Shown: positions 1-9,536 of the stretch, in pieces
Numbering within the stretch: position 1 is the first letter of the stretch
Layout of the letters: the number at the start of each line of letters is the position of its first letter
Assembly: GCA_963822145.1 (NCBI GenBank)
Contig: CAWGGG010000005.1
Location: 221,899-285,898 of the forward strand
Direction of reading: 5' to 3'
Length of the DNA: 64,000 nt
From: an uncultured Bacteroidales bacterium
GTDB lineage: Bacteria > Bacteroidota > Bacteroidia > Bacteroidales > UBA10428
Made by a program: the position numbers and the translations under genes
Notes under the pieces: model-generated
What the model was told of the DNA's origin: nothing
The model's input: the letters and a program-made list of their open reading frames with translations, nothing else
Databases searched by the model: none

Positions 1-108
1 AACTTTCTCAGCCAGTTCATCCACATCCAGTTCTCCTGCTTCTATCTGTTGCAGTATTTCATCAATCCTGGTTACAGCTTCGGAATAGGAAAAATTTTTC
101 TTGCTCAT
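1..108 (-). CDS. xseB: exodeoxyribonuclease VII small subunit (5' part; continues past window start)
   Basis: Reverse strand from ATG at 108 reads MSKKNFSYSEAVTRIDEILQQIEAGELDVDELAEKV, an XseB-like N-terminus. It starts 9 nt after the xseA stop. Confidence 0.7.
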   Translation of the reverse strand, partial: MSKKNFSYSEAVTRIDEILQQIEAGELDVDELAEKV

Positions 109-117
109 ATCAATAGG

Positions 118-1419
118 TTAAAGTTTTTTGCTTTTCATCATGCCCCGAGCCATCCTGGTTTCAAGGATCTCTCCTGGAGGAACCTGCGAAGGGTCCTTCA
201 ACGCCCTCCCCTTAAAGTAGGTTATAGAATAACCACGCAGTAGGATCAGGAAAGGATCCAGGTAAGTGTTGGCCTTTTCCAGGAGTGCAAGCGCATGGTT
301 TTTAACTGCCAGAAATTGTTTGGCATTTGCTTTTACCTGAAGGTTCATCCTGATAACGGCTTCAGACTTCCTGGCAAGCATATGTTTCACCGATCCGTTC
401 AGCTGCATACCGAGATAACGGAGATTGGCCGCACCGGAAGACAGTTTTTCCTTTATTGCGGGCTTCAGCAACAACAGCAATCTGCTCAGCCGATCCTTCT
501 CGGCTCTGACCTTCCCGGAAACTACCTCGGAAAAAGCCAGTGACAATTCACTGATTCTCTCATCGGCCTGCCGGAAATGGTTGATCAGAAATTCCGCCAC
601 AGCGGTGGGTGTTTTCAGTCGGGTATGCGCTACCAGGTCTGCAATAGTTTCATCCTGTTCGTGACCGATTCCTGTTAATACCGGAAGTGGAAACTGGCAG
701 ATGTGTGAGGCCATCCAGTAACTGTTGAAGCAGTTGAGTTCCGATTTCGCGCCACCTCCACGGATGAGAACCACAACATCAAAGAAGTTTTCGTAGGGAA
801 AAATACGATCCAGTGCAGCAATAACGGATTGTTCCGCTTCATCACCCTGCATCACTGAAGGGAAAAGCTTAACATCGAACCTGTAACCAAAGACATTACC
901 GGTTAGTTGATCCATGAAATCACCAAAGCCTGCTGCAGTTCTTGAGGAAATAACAGCAATTCTTTTTGGCAATTCAGGAATGACCAGGGCTTTGTTCATC
1001 TCATAGACCCCTTCGGCGATCAGCCGGTTGATGATTTCCTGCTTTTGACGGGCAAGCTCTCCCACCGTATAGGAGGGCTCAATATCAGTGATGTTCAGGC
1101 TGAATCCATAAAGTTCATGAAATTCGACGCCAACCTTTACCAGCACTTTAATCCCTGCCTCCAGCCGGGTGTGTGTGGTTGTCTCAAAATAGGGCTGCAG
1201 CATCCTGAAAACAGAGGACCAGATCGTTGCCCTGGCTTTGGCTTTGATAGTCTCACCCGCAGTTTCTTTCTCAATGAGCTCCAGGTAGCAATGGCCTGTA
1301 TAATTCACTTTTAGCTCGCTGATTTCAGCAATAACCCACCAGGAAAAGGGCAGGGAATTTTTTAGTGTCGCTTTGACCTGACCCAGCAACTGGTAAAGTG
1401 ATAGCGCCTGGTTTTCCAC
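118..1419 (-). CDS. xseA: exodeoxyribonuclease VII large subunit
   Basis: 433-aa ORF with an N-terminal OB-fold-like region (WVIAEISELKVNYTGHCYLELIEKE) and a central RGGG block typical of XseA. It is followed directly by xseB. Confidence 0.9.
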   Translation of the reverse strand: MENQALSLYQLLGQVKATLKNSLPFSWWVIAEISELKVNYTGHCYLELIEKETAGETIKAKARATIWSSVFRMLQPYFETTTHTRLEAGIKVLVKVGVEFHELYGFSLNITDIEPSYTVGELARQKQEIINRLIAEGVYEMNKALVIPELPKRIAVISSRTAAGFGDFMDQLTGNVFGYRFDVKLFPSVMQGDEAEQSVIAALDRIFPYENFFDVVVLIRGGGAKSELNCFNSYWMASHICQFPLPVLTGIGHEQDETIADLVAHTRLKTPTAVAEFLINHFRQADERISELSLAFSEVVSGKVRAEKDRLSRLLLLLKPAIKEKLSSGAANLRYLGMQLNGSVKHMLARKSEAVIRMNLQVKANAKQFLAVKNHALALLEKANTYLDPFLILLRGYSITYFKGRALKDPSQVPPGEILETRMARGMMKSKKL

Positions 1420-1422
1420 GAT

Positions 1423-3201
1423 TCAGTATTTGATCAGTTTGGCATAACCATGCAGGGTTTCGGAATGGACTTTCAATAGGTATGCTCCATTGGGCAGATG
1501 GCTAAAGGCTCCTTCCAGTTTCAGGTAATTCCTGCCGGGCAAAGGAGGTGCTGTTGACTGCATGATTTCCTTTCCGGCAAGATCAATCAGGCTGATCTCC
1601 AGGGCGCCATCCACCGGGGTTTGAAAAATGACATAAAGATGATCGCTGAAGGGGTTGGGAAAAGCAGTAATAGGCTCTGCAGATTCCAGATCATCCTGAC
1701 CAACCTTAAGCAATACACACGCCAGATTAAAATCGGGGATACCATAGCCATAGTCCTCACTGGGCTGCTGATAGCGATCTGCGCTTTCCCTGATGGCAGC
1801 AAGCACCTCCATAGCAGTTGAACCCGGACTGGCCTGCCACAGGCAGGCTGCAAGCCCGGTAATGACAGGAGCTGATAGGGATGTGCCGTTTCCCTGAACG
1901 ATGCCTCCTCCAATTCCTGCCATGTAGGTGCCTTTGCCAATAGCCATTACATCAGGCTTTACATTACCATCCGCTGAAGGTCCCCGGCTGCTGAAACCAG
2001 CTATGTAATAGGTTGCATCAACAGCGCCAACGGCCAGGACACTGTCGGCATCGGCCGGTGCGCCAATGTGCCTCCATGTCGAATTACCCTCATTTCCCGC
2101 ACTGATCATAACCAGTATGCCTTTTGAGGCAGCTATATCGGCAGCCCGGGAAATGCGTGTGGTATTTCCGTCCATGTCGGCATAAAGATGGTCCTGGCGG
2201 GGATCGTCAAAACGAGTATAACCCAACGAGGTATTGATGATGTCGACACCGGAACTGTCGGCATATTCAGCGGCAGTAATCCAGTTATCCTCCTCAATAA
2301 TGAATTCAGAATTGGCATCTTCCGACCGCAGCAGCAAGAAATTTGCTTCAGGCGCCGTACCGATCAGCTCCCCGGGCAGGTAACCCCCTATAATGGAAAG
2401 GACAACCATGCCGTGCGAGTGACCGAAAAACAGATCAGAGCCGGGTTCTACAAAATCCCTGGTATCCAGGATTCTGCCATTATTCCAGAGATTGTCAAAA
2501 GCAGGAAGTTCGTCAACCGCATAAAACCCGGCATCGATAACAGCGATGGTCATGCCTTTCCCCCAGTAACCTGCGTCGTGAAGGATCTGTCCCTGGTGTA
2601 TGGCGGTTTGCCACCACGAAGGTCCGTAATCCTGCTCCAGGGGCGCTGTTTCCTGTTTTATTCCTGAACGGTTCCCTTGATAGAGAGAAGGATAGGCCGT
2701 TTTTTTCTGCTGACCCTTTTTTACAAAAGTAAACCGGGCGATGGCGTTCAGAATGCTGTCATGGCTGACATGAACTGTTGCCGCATTGAACCATTTGGTA
2801 ACGTTGAGTATATTGGCGCCGGTGGCAACCAGACTGTCAAGATAAGCCGGGGTAACGGGCAGGTCATTCTCTTTAACCGCTATGCCCTGCCGTTCACGCC
2901 GTTCTAGAGCCCTTGGCGAAAGGAACTCAGCAGGATTGTCAATAGTGAAGGGATTGTTGTTCTTGTTGGTGAATTCAATTCTGTAACACGAAGGAGCTGT
3001 TTCTTCAAAAACTGCCTGCGCCGATAAACGCGCTAGTGTCCAGGTGAAAACAACCGGTAAAACCAACAGGCAACGCAGCAGGGATGAAAGGGCTGGCGAT
3101 GGGCTATTTCTCTTGCGGAACAAGGAAATTGGTTTCATCGGGTTCTTCAAATTTACCTTCATTGGCATCGATGGAGCGGAAAAGCTCCTGTTGTTTCTCA
3201 T
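1423..3201 (-). CDS. S8 (subtilisin) family serine peptidase with T9SS-type C-terminal sorting domain
   Basis: Asp/His/Ser triad contexts AVIDAGF, HSHGMVV and GTSLSAP. Hydrophobic signal region. The last ~80 aa (PNPFSDHLYV...YLLKVHSE...KLIKY) look like a T9SS CTD. The true start is probably an internal ATG (3138-3168), and the ORF overlaps the end of the upstream gene. Confidence 0.85.
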   Translation of the reverse strand: MRNNRSFSAPSMPMKVNLKNPMKPISLFRKRNSPSPALSSLLRCLLVLPVVFTWTLARLSAQAVFEETAPSCYRIEFTNKNNNPFTIDNPAEFLSPRALERRERQGIAVKENDLPVTPAYLDSLVATGANILNVTKWFNAATVHVSHDSILNAIARFTFVKKGQQKKTAYPSLYQGNRSGIKQETAPLEQDYGPSWWQTAIHQGQILHDAGYWGKGMTIAVIDAGFYAVDELPAFDNLWNNGRILDTRDFVEPGSDLFFGHSHGMVVLSIIGGYLPGELIGTAPEANFLLLRSEDANSEFIIEEDNWITAAEYADSSGVDIINTSLGYTRFDDPRQDHLYADMDGNTTRISRAADIAASKGILVMISAGNEGNSTWRHIGAPADADSVLAVGAVDATYYIAGFSSRGPSADGNVKPDVMAIGKGTYMAGIGGGIVQGNGTSLSAPVITGLAACLWQASPGSTAMEVLAAIRESADRYQQPSEDYGYGIPDFNLACVLLKVGQDDLESAEPITAFPNPFSDHLYVIFQTPVDGALEISLIDLAGKEIMQSTAPPLPGRNYLKLEGAFSHLPNGAYLLKVHSETLHGYAKLIKY

Positions 3202-3910
3202 TCAGCTGATCTTCATTCAAAGGCTTACCATTCACATATTCCAATTCAGCCTCAACTGTTCCGTCTTCCCTGAAAAAGGTCCATTTCCCCTGTCGTCGGT
3301 CATCTGCGTATCTGCCCTTTAAATAGGGTTTTCCCATTTCATCATAAACAAAGAAATCTCCATCCAGTTTATTACCGGCGTAATTCCCTTTCATTTTCAA
3401 CACACCCCCTTTATAGTATTGTTCCCATATGCCGTCTCTCTGGTCATTTTTCCATTCGAGTTTTTCAGAAACGTCACCATTATTGTAATAGCTGAGCATC
3501 ATGCCCTGCCGGGCACCTTTGTTGTAGCTCTCGCTGGCCGTAAGAGAATGGTCATAATAGCTGTAATAGAGCCATGTACTGTCTTTCAATGACTTGAAAA
3601 ACAAACCTTTGGCAGCAATCTGTCCATCTTCATAGAGGAGTTTTGCCCGTGCATATTCACTTTTGGCATCATACTGAAGGATGGCTTTTATGGCACCGGT
3701 CTCGTAATATCGGTACATCATTCCCACCGGTTTATCATCCTTGAAGAACCCTTTGTACATGAGTTTTCCGTTCGGGTAAGTCTTTTTCCACCAGCCCTGT
3801 TTGAGTCCCTGACCATCGGTTTGGTTAAAAAGGGTATCAGATTGGGCTTTCAGCGATGGCGAAACAAGCAGGAAGATCAGGAGGAGGACTATAAAGGATC
3901 GGGTATGCAT
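3104..3910 (-). CDS. MORN-variant repeat protein (YwqK-like), secreted
   Basis: Repeated G-x-W-x-x-Y/F-Y-x-N-G motifs (GWWKKTYPNGKLMYKG, GIWEQYYKGG, GKWTFFREDG). I chose ATG at 3910 because it gives the signal peptide MHTRSFIVLLLIFLLVSPSLKAQ. The upstream part of the 334-aa ORF looks non-coding. Confidence 0.7.
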   Translation of the reverse strand: MHTRSFIVLLLIFLLVSPSLKAQSDTLFNQTDGQGLKQGWWKKTYPNGKLMYKGFFKDDKPVGMMYRYYETGAIKAILQYDAKSEYARAKLLYEDGQIAAKGLFFKSLKDSTWLYYSYYDHSLTASESYNKGARQGMMLSYYNNGDVSEKLEWKNDQRDGIWEQYYKGGVLKMKGNYAGNKLDGDFFVYDEMGKPYLKGRYADDRRQGKWTFFREDGTVEAELEYVNGKPLNEDQLNEKQQELFRSIDANEGKFEEPDETNFLVPQEK

Positions 3911-4082
3911 ATCGTCGAATATATGCGCTAAAGATAATAAAAAAGAGGTTTTTCCCCGATGAATCTTCTCAACATGTCTGGGTACTGATGCTGAATATTT
4001 TAATAAAAATTTGGATTTCGCTGAGGAAAGTACTAATTTACATTGAATAAGTAATTTATAACCAAAACTAAACATACTTATT

Positions 4083-5087
4083 ATGTTAACCAAAGGATAT
4101 GCAGCCACCGAAGCCGGTGGTGTGTTGAAACCGTTTGAATATGACCTGGGACCGCTGGGCGATCACCAGGTTGACGTAAAAGTAGATTATTGTGGCATTT
4201 GCTACAGTGACCTCAGCATGCTCGACAACCACTGGGGTATGACCCAGTATCCCTTTGTGCCGGGGCATGAAATTATCGGGACGGTAGAGGCGATTGGACC
4301 ACACGTTAAAAATGTAACGCTGGGACAGCGTGTCGGCATTGGCTGGAGCTCCGGTTCCTGCGGTATATGTGAGAGCTGTCTCACTGGCAATCATAACCTC
4401 TGCGCTTCAAATGTTCCGACGGTTCTGGGACCTTACGGCGGCTTTGCCGACCGGGTGAGGGCCCAGTCCGAATGGGTATTGCCGATACCGGCGGCTCTTG
4501 ACCCTGTGAAGACAGGACCATTGCTCTGCGGCGGGATCACGGTTTTTAATCCCATGCTCGAGTTTGAGGTCAAACCCACGCACCGGGTGGGAGTAATAGG
4601 CATCGGCGGACTGGGCCATATGGCCATCAAGTTCCTGCGGGCCTGGGGCTGCGAAGTGACCGCATTTTCGAGTCATCCCGGGAAGGAAGCAGAAGCCAGG
4701 CAATTCGGTGCCCATCACTTTGTAAATTCCAGTGATCCTGAAGCCCTGGGTAAACTGGCTTATTCGTTTGACTTCATCCTGTCGACCGTGAATGTTACAC
4801 TCGACTGGAATGCCTATCTGAATGCGCTGCGGCCTAAAGGCAAGCTTATCATGGTAGGTGCTGTTCTCGAACCCATGCAGATCAGCATGTTTACCCTGCT
4901 GATGGGTCAGCGCATGGTTTCTTCCAGTCCCACCGGAGGACCTCCGGCCATGGCCGCCATGCTCGATTTTGCCGCGCGACATAACATCTTGCCCATGACC
5001 GAAAACTTTAAATTCAGCCAGGTGAACGAGGCCATCGAAAAGCTCAAACAGGGCAAGGTCCGTTACCGGGTTGTTCTGACACATTGA
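4083..5087 (+). CDS. zinc-dependent NAD(P) alcohol dehydrogenase (cinnamyl-ADH/YahK-like)
   Basis: Zn-ADH signature CGICYSDLSM...PFVPGHEIIG, structural-zinc Cys cluster CGICESC and Rossmann motif GIGGLGH. Confidence 0.85.
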   Translation: MLTKGYAATEAGGVLKPFEYDLGPLGDHQVDVKVDYCGICYSDLSMLDNHWGMTQYPFVPGHEIIGTVEAIGPHVKNVTLGQRVGIGWSSGSCGICESCLTGNHNLCASNVPTVLGPYGGFADRVRAQSEWVLPIPAALDPVKTGPLLCGGITVFNPMLEFEVKPTHRVGVIGIGGLGHMAIKFLRAWGCEVTAFSSHPGKEAEARQFGAHHFVNSSDPEALGKLAYSFDFILSTVNVTLDWNAYLNALRPKGKLIMVGAVLEPMQISMFTLLMGQRMVSSSPTGGPPAMAAMLDFAARHNILPMTENFKFSQVNEAIEKLKQGKVRYRVVLTH

Positions 5088-5097
5088 TAAAACATTA

Positions 5098-5130
5098 CCC
5101 CGACGGGGGTATCACCTAGCCCCGTCGGGG
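5098..5130 (+). repeat. palindromic REP-like hairpin CCCCGACGGGG / CCCCGTCGGGG (probable 3' stem-loop)
   Basis: Two 11-nt perfectly complementary arms (5098-5108 and 5120-5130) lie 11 nt after the ADH stop. The same arms recur at 8484-8509. Confidence 0.6.
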
Positions 5131-5152
5131 TGTAATTCAAAACACATTATAA

Positions 5153-6250
5153 ATGAAAATGATGAAGAATTCTGGACTTGGCCGTCGGGAATTCCTCAAA
5201 AGGGGAATGGCCACCATGGGAGCCCTGACAGCAGTTCCGTTACTTGACCCCTTTGAAGAACTATTCAAAGCTCCGAAACAGGTGGTCAGTATTGTTAAGA
5301 TCAAGGACGACCGGATTGATTATGCCATTGAGCAGGCAATTGATATGCTGGGTGGCATGTCCGAGTTAACCAGGCGTTACAATAAGATCATGCTGAAACC
5401 CAACCTGGTTTCTGATGATCCGAACAGCACTACCAAACCAATAGTTGTTAAGACACTGGCACAACTGATGAAGAAGGCCGGAAAGGATGTATGTATTGGG
5501 GAAGGGTCAGCAGCAGCTGCCGGAATAAATGCCGATGCAGATGGCGTTTATTTTACCCGAAAGACAGAATTGCTGGATAAAATTCAACAACAGGTCTTTG
5601 ATAAGCTTGGTTATACGGCTCTTGCAAGTGAACTTGGCATCCCTTTGATAAACCTGCATACCGGCGAACTGGTTGAGGTGGAGGTTCCTGATGCCCATTA
5701 TTTTAAAAAGCTGACCATACACCGATCGCTGAGCGATATCGATATGTTATGTTCTGTGCCCATGATGAAAACCCATGCACTGGCCACGGTAACCCTCGGT
5801 TTGAAGAATGTGATCGGTCTTTATCCTGGCTCGGCTTATTGCTCTGTACGTTCGTGTGTGCACACTGAAGCAGAAATGGCAGGATCCACCGGCGTAGCCT
5901 TTGAGATCCTCGATATGGTAAAGGCCAACAAGCTCGGTTTAACCGTAATCGACGGCTCCATGGCCATGGAGGGAGAGGGGCCATCCAACGGGCAGCTGGT
6001 GAAGATGGACCTGATCATTGCGGGTACCAATGCCCTGGCTGCCGATATGGTAGCAGCTGCGATCATGGGAATTGAACCGCAGGAGGTTCCCACCTTTGCA
6101 GTAGCGCACCAATCGGGTCTGAAACCTGCTTCACTCGATGAGATCGAGATCAGGGGCGAAAAGATACCGGACGTTGCCAGAACGTTCGCCCGGGCTACCG
6201 TGGTACCCTGGCATACCATCAAGGACTGGTTCGGGGCTAAGGAGGTGTGA
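5153..6250 (+). CDS. DUF362-like protein with twin-arginine signal
   Basis: N-terminus GLGRREFLKRGMATMGALTA is Tat-like. The body (IMLKPNLV..., MKTHALATVTLGLKN, GTNALAADMVAA) resembles DUF362 proteins. Confidence 0.65.
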   Translation: MKMMKNSGLGRREFLKRGMATMGALTAVPLLDPFEELFKAPKQVVSIVKIKDDRIDYAIEQAIDMLGGMSELTRRYNKIMLKPNLVSDDPNSTTKPIVVKTLAQLMKKAGKDVCIGEGSAAAAGINADADGVYFTRKTELLDKIQQQVFDKLGYTALASELGIPLINLHTGELVEVEVPDAHYFKKLTIHRSLSDIDMLCSVPMMKTHALATVTLGLKNVIGLYPGSAYCSVRSCVHTEAEMAGSTGVAFEILDMVKANKLGLTVIDGSMAMEGEGPSNGQLVKMDLIIAGTNALAADMVAAAIMGIEPQEVPTFAVAHQSGLKPASLDEIEIRGEKIPDVARTFARATVVPWHTIKDWFGAKEV

Positions 6251-6254
6251 GCGA

Positions 6255-6296
6255 TCAGTATTCAGTGTTCGGTGTTCAGTATTCGGTGTTCGGTGT
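6255..6296. repeat. heptamer tandem array (TCRGTRT)x6
   Basis: tcagtat tcagtgt tcggtgt tcagtat tcggtgt tcggtgt, starting 5 nt after the stop at 6250. Confidence 0.9.
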
Positions 6297-6360
6297 TTTC
6301 AGATATTCCTTTTTTGATCTTCCATCTTGATCTTCAATCTTGAATTTTAAATCTTTACTT

Positions 6361-6684
6361 ATGAAAACGATTCGCTACTTTGCCGCTTTGCTCATGCTGG
6401 TTTCAGGGGTATGGCATGTGGTCCTTTATTTCAAAGCTCCTGATGTATGGGGAATAACTGCCCTGGTATTTGGCATTCTCTATCTCATCATCGGCCTGCT
6501 GCTGCTTAGGCCTAAGATGATCGGCGTGTATCTCGGACTAATTCCGGTTATTCCGCTAATCTCGGCTCCGTTTATAGTCAAGCCTGAAGACCTTGATATG
6601 ACTACAACCTCAATTTTGCTCATTGATCTGGTTGTGTTTGTCTGCTGTGTCTACCTGATCCTGAACAGAAAAAAGACATCCTGA
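6361..6684 (+). CDS. small integral membrane protein, unknown function
   Basis: The ORF encodes ~107 aa from ATG 6361 (the track start at 6340 is TTG), with 3-4 hydrophobic segments. No recognisable motif. Confidence 0.45.
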   Translation: MKTIRYFAALLMLVSGVWHVVLYFKAPDVWGITALVFGILYLIIGLLLLRPKMIGVYLGLIPVIPLISAPFIVKPEDLDMTTTSILLIDLVVFVCCVYLILNRKKTS

Positions 6685-6718
6685 ATTTCAATTTACCCAA
6701 CATAAAACCTATAAACAC

Positions 6719-7183
6719 ATGAGAAAAGTACTTTTTGTTCTGATTGCTGCCGTCATGGTTATTGCCCTGGCATGTTCGCCAAAGACGGCAGTCGTGAATA
6801 ACGATGCGCTGGTTGATTCACTTAATGCTGCCTGCGCTGCCGTATGGAACTCCGGCAATGCTGAAACAGCTGCAAACTATTATGCAGAGGATGTCATCAT
6901 GACTTTTCAGGACAATGTAACCATCAGCGGCAGGGATTCAATGCTGATTTTTTGCAAAGGTGCCTCACCTTATATAAAGAATATGAAAATTTTCAGGGGT
7001 ACCTATGCGATTGTGGATGATCTCATCACAGAAACAGGACTGTATTCTTTCGACTGGGTGGCAGATGATCAGACCGTTTATCCGAACAGGGGAAGCTATA
7101 TGATGTATTGGAGAAAAGCACCTGAGAACAAGTGGGTGGCCATCATGCAGATCAACCACCAGGCCAATGTGGTGGTGAAGTAA
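6719..7183 (+). CDS. SnoaL/DUF4440-like (NTF2 fold) lipoprotein
   Basis: Lipoprotein signal MRKVLFVLIAAVMVIALAC. Size and pattern (AETAANYYAEDVIM..., YMMYWRK...WVAIM) fit NTF2-like domains. The family call is tentative. Confidence 0.5.
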   Translation: MRKVLFVLIAAVMVIALACSPKTAVVNNDALVDSLNAACAAVWNSGNAETAANYYAEDVIMTFQDNVTISGRDSMLIFCKGASPYIKNMKIFRGTYAIVDDLITETGLYSFDWVADDQTVYPNRGSYMMYWRKAPENKWVAIMQINHQANVVVK

Positions 7184-7194
7184 TCCAGTGCGGT

Positions 7195-8073
7195 ATGAAA
7201 CCTGCATTATTATTCTGCCTACTGCTGGTATCCGCCGGTATTGCTGCACAGGATGCCGTGCCTTACGGTTCTAACGAAAAGGTTGGCAAATATTTGGAAG
7301 TGAATGATATCAAAGTCTATTATGAAATCTATGGCGAAGGGGAACCCCTGTTGTTGATCCACGGAGGAATGGGATCCATTGAAAATTTTGTATATCAAAT
7401 TCCCGAATTCTCAAAGGATTTCAGGGTAATAGCTGTGGACAGTCGTGCACAGGGAAGATCAACCGATTCGGAAAAGGAGATCACCTACGCCCTGATGGCT
7501 TCAGATATGGCTGAGCTGATCAGCAAGCTGAAGCTGGGAAGTGTAAACGTGGTCGGATGGAGTGACGGAGGCAATATAGGTCTGGAACTTGCCTATGCCC
7601 ATCCTGAAATGCTGAAAAAGCTCGTTTGCATCGGGGGGGATTATACGCACGAAAACTGGGAAGCAGATACCACCCGCACCGTCTGGATGGCAGCCGATGA
7701 TCCGCTGTTATTAAAGACGCGCGATATGCTTATCCGGTATATGGGATCCATGGACAGGCTGTCATATCAACCTGACCGTTTGCCGGAGATCCGGAAAAAG
7801 CTCGGATATATGTGGGCCAATTATCCCAATTTCACTCCGGATCAGCTGCAAACGATCCAAACACCCACCCTGGTCATGGCCGGAGATCATGATTTGATCA
7901 GGGACCAGCTGACTTTTGATCTTTATGAAGCATTGCCCCATGCCCAATTATGCATCTTTCCGGGTGTTACTCATCTACTGCTTTGGGAAATTCCAGAGCT
8001 TGCAAACCAAACCATTCTTAATTTTCTGAAGACCCCTTACCGTGACATTGACCGGCTATATTTCTTCAGGTAA
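7195..8073 (+). CDS. alpha/beta hydrolase
   Basis: I chose ATG at 7195 because it gives the signal peptide MKPALLFCLLLVSAGIAAQ. Oxyanion region LLLIHGG, nucleophile elbow GWSDGG and C-terminal His context GVTHLL. Confidence 0.8.
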   Translation: MKPALLFCLLLVSAGIAAQDAVPYGSNEKVGKYLEVNDIKVYYEIYGEGEPLLLIHGGMGSIENFVYQIPEFSKDFRVIAVDSRAQGRSTDSEKEITYALMASDMAELISKLKLGSVNVVGWSDGGNIGLELAYAHPEMLKKLVCIGGDYTHENWEADTTRTVWMAADDPLLLKTRDMLIRYMGSMDRLSYQPDRLPEIRKKLGYMWANYPNFTPDQLQTIQTPTLVMAGDHDLIRDQLTFDLYEALPHAQLCIFPGVTHLLLWEIPELANQTILNFLKTPYRDIDRLYFFR

Positions 8074-8106
8074 AATACTTAAAAACAAAAACTTATTATA
8101 CCTTTT

Positions 8107-8154
8107 AATCACTTAATCACTTAATCACTTAATCACTTAATCACTTCATCACCT
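8107..8154. repeat. octamer tandem array (AATCACTT)x5 plus one degenerate unit
   Basis: Five perfect units at 8107-8146, then catcacct. The array ends 14 nt upstream of the ATG at 8168. Confidence 0.95.
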
Positions 8155-8167
8155 AAACCCTATAAAC

Positions 8168-8476
8168 ATGATAAGAGTTGTAGTTCTCTACCCGCAAACC
8201 GGCGACAATTGGTTCAACATGGATTATTATATCAAGAACCATATTCCATTGGCCAAAAGACTGCTGGAGCCCTATGGTATGGAAAAATTCGAATTCGATA
8301 AAGGACTTGCCGGCCTGGAGGGTCCTGCTCCCTATTTTGCCATTGCCTACCTAACCTTTAAAAGCCCGGATCAATTTCAGGCTGGTTTTGCCGCCCATGG
8401 TAAAACCCTATCCGATGACATGCCCAACTACACGAAGGATGTCATCATTCAGATCGGCGAAATCGTTCAGTTGTAA
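8168..8476 (+). CDS. EthD family protein
   Basis: 102-aa ORF MIRVVVLYPQ...FNMDYYIKNHIPLA...FAIAYLTFKS. Length and pattern match EthD-domain (dimeric alpha/beta barrel) proteins. Confidence 0.65.
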   Translation: MIRVVVLYPQTGDNWFNMDYYIKNHIPLAKRLLEPYGMEKFEFDKGLAGLEGPAPYFAIAYLTFKSPDQFQAGFAAHGKTLSDDMPNYTKDVIIQIGEIVQL

Positions 8477-8483
8477 GGAACCA

Positions 8484-8509
8484 CCCCGACGGGGTACACC
8501 CCGTCGGGG
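8484..8509 (+). repeat. second copy of the CCCCGACGGGG/CCCCGTCGGGG hairpin
   Basis: Arms at 8484-8494 and 8499-8509 with a 4-nt loop, 8 nt after the stop at 8476. Arm sequences are identical to 5098-5130. Confidence 0.6.
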
Positions 8510-8546
8510 TGTCTGACAATCACCTAACCACTAATCAATCAATACC

Positions 8547-9524
8547 ATGAAAATTTTCATAACAGGGGCTACCGGGTTTATCGGAAACCAGGTGGTCAAC
8601 CGGCTGAGTCAAACCGAATCATGAACTGGTCTGTCTGGTCAGGAAAAACAATGAAGCCAGCGAACGACTCAAATCGCTCGGCGCAAAATTAATTATAGGA
8701 GATATTACCGATAAAGCGTCCATGTTACCGGGAATGAAAGGATGTGACTGGGTAATAAACATTGCTGCACTTTACTCATATTGGGAACCGGATAATGGTC
8801 TTTATCATAAGAATAATGTTGAAGGAACACGTAATGTGCTGGAGTGTGCTCTGGAGAACAAATTTCAAAGGTGGTGCATGTTAGCACCGTAGTCACGTAT
8901 GGAAAGCCTGCTGATGTTCCCTACACCGAAGAAAGCAAGGTTGGTCCTGTTCGTTTCAGCAGATACTCCCAGACAAAATTCGAAGGAGATCAGATACTTT
9001 GGGACTTATACAGGAACAAGAGTCTACCGGTAGTGGTGGTATATCCTTGCGCAGTATTGGGAGCCGGAGATCCAAAAGCAACAGGAAAATATGTTTCTGA
9101 CCTGATACATAAAAGATTGCCTGCCACTGTTTTTAAAAATGCCACGCTCACCTGGGTACATGTGAATGATGTAGCTGAAGCCATTGTCAGGGCCGTCGAG
9201 AAGCCTGGAAATCTGGGTGAGAAATACCTGATCGGTAATAATCGGCTGACCCTGGCCGAAATAAATAAGATGGTCAGTGAAATATCCGGAATAAGAATAC
9301 CAAAAATGTCAATGCCTGATTTCCTAGCCGTGCTTAGTGCCTACCTGTTTACCGGCCTGTCCAGATTGATTAAGGTCCAACCCCCCTGGGGCATGTCAGT
9401 CGATCAAATCAGAATGATGAAAGTTGGATTCCAGGTTGATGGAAGCAAAGCTGAGCGGGAGCTGGGCATTAAATATACCCCGATCTATAAAGCATTGGAA
9501 GAGGAAATTGCTGCAGATAAATAG
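8547..9524 (+). pseudogene. NAD-dependent epimerase/dehydratase (SDR) gene interrupted by two frameshifts
   Basis: Frame 0: MKIFITGATGFIGNQVVNRLSQTES then TGA at 8622. Frame +1 (8620-8892): HELVCLVRKNNEASERLKSLGAKLIIGDITD...GTRNVLECALENK. Frame 0 again from ~8862: ISKVVHVSTVVTYGKP... to 9524. Confidence 0.7.
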
Positions 9525-9536
9525 TAGGACAAAAAT

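Noticed and set aside
3911-4108. N-terminal extensions of track ORFs: 3104..4108, 7132..8073, 39240..41828, 42924..44021, 48155..50938, 11003..12325 and 18413..19264.
   Set aside because: The extensions start at non-ATG codons or overlap neighbouring genes or repeat arrays. Internal ATGs give proper signal peptides or family-typical N-termini, so I used the shorter coordinates.
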